In this document: positions 14,606-16,034 of the stretch, in pieces
How the letters are laid out: every line of letters starts with the position of its first letter
Position numbering within the stretch: the stretch's first letter is position 1
Assembly: GCA_030612265.1 (NCBI GenBank)
Contig: JAUWOE010000074.1
Location: 1 to 16,034 of the forward strand
Reading direction: 5' to 3'
DNA: 16,034 nt
DNA from: Promethearchaeum sp.
GTDB lineage: Archaea; Asgardarchaeota; Lokiarchaeia; Sigyniarchaeales; Promethearchaeaceae
Position numbers and translations under genes: made by a program
The notes under the pieces: model-generated
The model's database searches: none
What the model was told of the DNA's origin: nothing
Seen by the model: only the letters and a program-made list of their open reading frames with translations

Positions 14606-14619
14606 ATATAAAATTTACG
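14606..14619 (-). promoter_or_regulatory. Proximal BRE/TATA promoter of the 5S rRNA gene (minus strand CGTAAA-TTTTATAT)
   Basis: A purine-rich BRE-like CGTAAA is followed immediately by TTTTATAT. The box ends 22-25 nt upstream of the predicted 5S 5' end, the canonical archaeal spacing. Confidence 0.55.
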
Positions 14620-14644
14620 GATTCACAAATCCTTCAACGAAACT

Positions 14645-14658
14645 ATATAAAATTTACG
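14645..14658 (-). promoter_or_regulatory. Distal exact duplicate of the 5S BRE/TATA 14-mer
   Basis: The 14-mer atataaaatttacg occurs at 14606-14619 and again at 14645-14658, spacing 39 nt. A small palindrome ggatt-caca-aatcc (14620-14633) lies between the two copies. Confidence 0.4.
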
Positions 14659-14721
14659 AATTTGGGGGCATAATTAAGCTTTAATTCAAGAAGGAGGTAT
14701 TTTTTTAATTATTTAATGTTT

Positions 14722-15861
14722 CTATTTTAACGAGTTCAAAACTTGATCAATGCAAAAATCTTCATCAATTCTCCAATTCAATTTCTTATCATCCCAATTA
14801 TCAGGGTCAAGTAAGTAAATTTTAGTTCGTGGATAATCAATAAAATTGAGATGAAGCTCTGGAAGTATTGGGCGTAAATAAAATAATAAATCAGACATTT
14901 GTGTAGTAGGTAGATGTAGGTACCAATAAAGCTTATAACTCTCAATTTTTAAAGTAGAAATAAAAGGAATTGGAAATGATTCCATTTTAGTTTTTATTTT
15001 CTGTAATTCTTTTTCATCTCCATATCCCCAGATAAGAAATGTATTTAAAATATCAAAGGATTTTGGATTTATAAATACACGTTGAGTATCTATACATTCT
15101 TTTTTCACCATTTTTAAACGTCTGCTAAAAGTGGGAACTGAAAATTCCCATCCTCTTGTTTTTAATTTTGCAATCATTTCAGAATTTTTTCTTCTAGCAT
15201 TCCAAAATATCTCCCCAAGAATTGCAATATCTTGCTGTTTTATCCAAGATTTCACACTCCCAGGCACATTTAATCGTTTCAATGAATGATTAGAAGTTAA
15301 ATCTGTAGAACTAACATCTTTTTCAAACCAATCTTTCCAGCTAAAATGCCAACTTAGGAATTCAGAATCCCAAGCTTCAATTTTTATAGCTGAATAAATC
15401 GGTGGAATTGAAAATTGTAATATTGAAAAATCATCAATATAATCAATATTTTTCATTTTTTGGAATAAAATCTGAATTAAATTAATAGAACCAATAGGAT
15501 TCTGAAATTGAATAAACATTCCGTTTACATCACCGTATGTTCTTGAATAGTATGTAATGTAGGGATGTTTATCACCTACTTTCTTGATCATTTGGAGTTT
15601 TTTTTCAGAATCTGCTTTTACTATTACATCTACAAATTCTAATCCCAAATTATAAAGATGCGGGTAACCTTTTACTGAAAAATATGGAATCGAATTTGGT
15701 GGTCCTTCTAATTTCTTTACAATTCCAAAAACAACCGATTTCGACAAATTAGTCATAGAAGCGAGTTCATCGAATGTTGCTAATGGTTTCTCCTGAAGCG
15801 CGATAAGAACACGCTTTTCACTTATAGATAGTTGACTGATTTTGTTTTTTGTTAGTGTCAT
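14722..15861 (-). CDS. Transcriptional regulator with two tandem Lrp/AsnC-like units (wHTH + RAM-like domain, twice)
   Basis: The N-terminal LSISEKRVLIALQEKPLATFDELASMTNLSKSVVFGIVKKLEG fits an Lrp/AsnC-type wHTH. GYPHLYNLGLEFVDVIVKA...HPYITYYSRTYGDVNGMFIQF fits the RAM/ligand domain. A second wHTH-like segment (IKQQDIAILGEIFWNARRKNSEMIAKLKTRGWEFSVPTFSRRLKMVKK) and a second beta-alpha-beta-like segment follow. A strong SD-like AAGGAG lies 8 nt upstream of the ATG. Confidence 0.65.
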   Translation of the reverse strand: MTLTKNKISQLSISEKRVLIALQEKPLATFDELASMTNLSKSVVFGIVKKLEGPPNSIPYFSVKGYPHLYNLGLEFVDVIVKADSEKKLQMIKKVGDKHPYITYYSRTYGDVNGMFIQFQNPIGSINLIQILFQKMKNIDYIDDFSILQFSIPPIYSAIKIEAWDSEFLSWHFSWKDWFEKDVSSTDLTSNHSLKRLNVPGSVKSWIKQQDIAILGEIFWNARRKNSEMIAKLKTRGWEFSVPTFSRRLKMVKKECIDTQRVFINPKSFDILNTFLIWGYGDEKELQKIKTKMESFPIPFISTLKIESYKLYWYLHLPTTQMSDLLFYLRPILPELHLNFIDYPRTKIYLLDPDNWDDKKLNWRIDEDFCIDQVLNSLK

Positions 15862-15968
15862 AGTATCTCCTTCTCCCTCGTTTAAAAAAGGATCAATATT
15901 TTTAAATTTCGATGAAAATCATTTTTTATTTTTTATCTAAATGTTCCACTAAGAAAATCATTAACCAT

Positions 15969-16034
15969 TCATTGAATAATTTGACCGGGTAATCCGCCAC
16001 CGCCACCATAGTACGTAAGATCCCTCCTATGACC
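15969..16034 (-). CDS. Possible 3' end of a CDS that continues beyond the window (...GHRRDLTYYGGGGGLPGQIIQ*)
   Basis: The minus-strand frame is open from the window edge to the TGA at 15969-15971. Local GC is clearly above the intergenic level. Only 21 codons are visible, so there is no functional call. Confidence 0.3.
   Translation of the reverse strand, partial: GHRRDLTYYGGGGGLPGQIIQ

Noticed and set aside
16011-16034. Second 5S-like element: the minus strand at the window edge starts GGUCAUAGG, the same 9-mer as the 5S 5' end
   Set aside because: The continuation (AGGGAUCUUACGUACUAUGGUGGCGG...) lacks the CCGAAC loop C core. The stretch reads as an open frame ending in TGA at 15969, so a CDS 3' end is more likely.
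1-16034. tRNA genes, CRISPR-Cas, toxin-antitoxin or other recognisable defence modules
   Set aside because: Scanning both strands by eye found no cloverleaf-like GC-rich 70-90 nt islands other than the 5S gene, no repeat-spacer arrays, and no proteins with nuclease, ATPase or toxin motifs that I recognise.

Overview
AT-rich window (hand count: 36/120 G+C at 9301-9420) with archaeal-looking signals: BRE/TATA-like boxes about 25-35 nt upstream of starts, short or absent leaders, bare oligo-T tracts after stop codons, several GTG/TTG starts, and sequon-rich surface proteins with C-terminal membrane anchors. Taxon cannot be assigned from the sequence alone. I support 9 full-length CDS: an MFS transporter, an HdrD/GlpC-like Fe-S protein, a 646-aa all-helical orphan, a PNPOx-like FMN-binding protein, a URO-D/MT2-family protein, a large PPC+Fn3-repeat surface protein, an RcnA-like Ni/Co efflux protein, an HSD17B4-like SDR, and a double Lrp/AsnC-like regulator. 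There are also 2 edge-truncated CDS and one stand-alone 5S rRNA gene on the minus strand (about 14464-14583). I saw no CRISPR array, tRNA, transposase/integrase or recognisable defence gene. The most unusual content is non-coding. Three families of paralogous upstream modules (M1, M2, M3) each occur twice, at locus 1 (7674-9088) and locus 2 (13127-14515). They sit in circularly permuted order and carry gene ghosts: an in-frame 18-codon SDR 3' remnant, a 10-codon stub of the PNPOx-like start, and possibly a decayed 5S 3' end. M1 includes a 75-bp base-perfect block that supplies the promoter, the GTG start and the first three codons to two unrelated genes. Other points of interest are an HdrD-like protein that has lost nearly all CCG-domain cysteines, a compositionally atypical orphan gene with a 52% GC patch, and an approximately 0.8-kb non-coding stretch holding a start-less membrane-anchor fragment.
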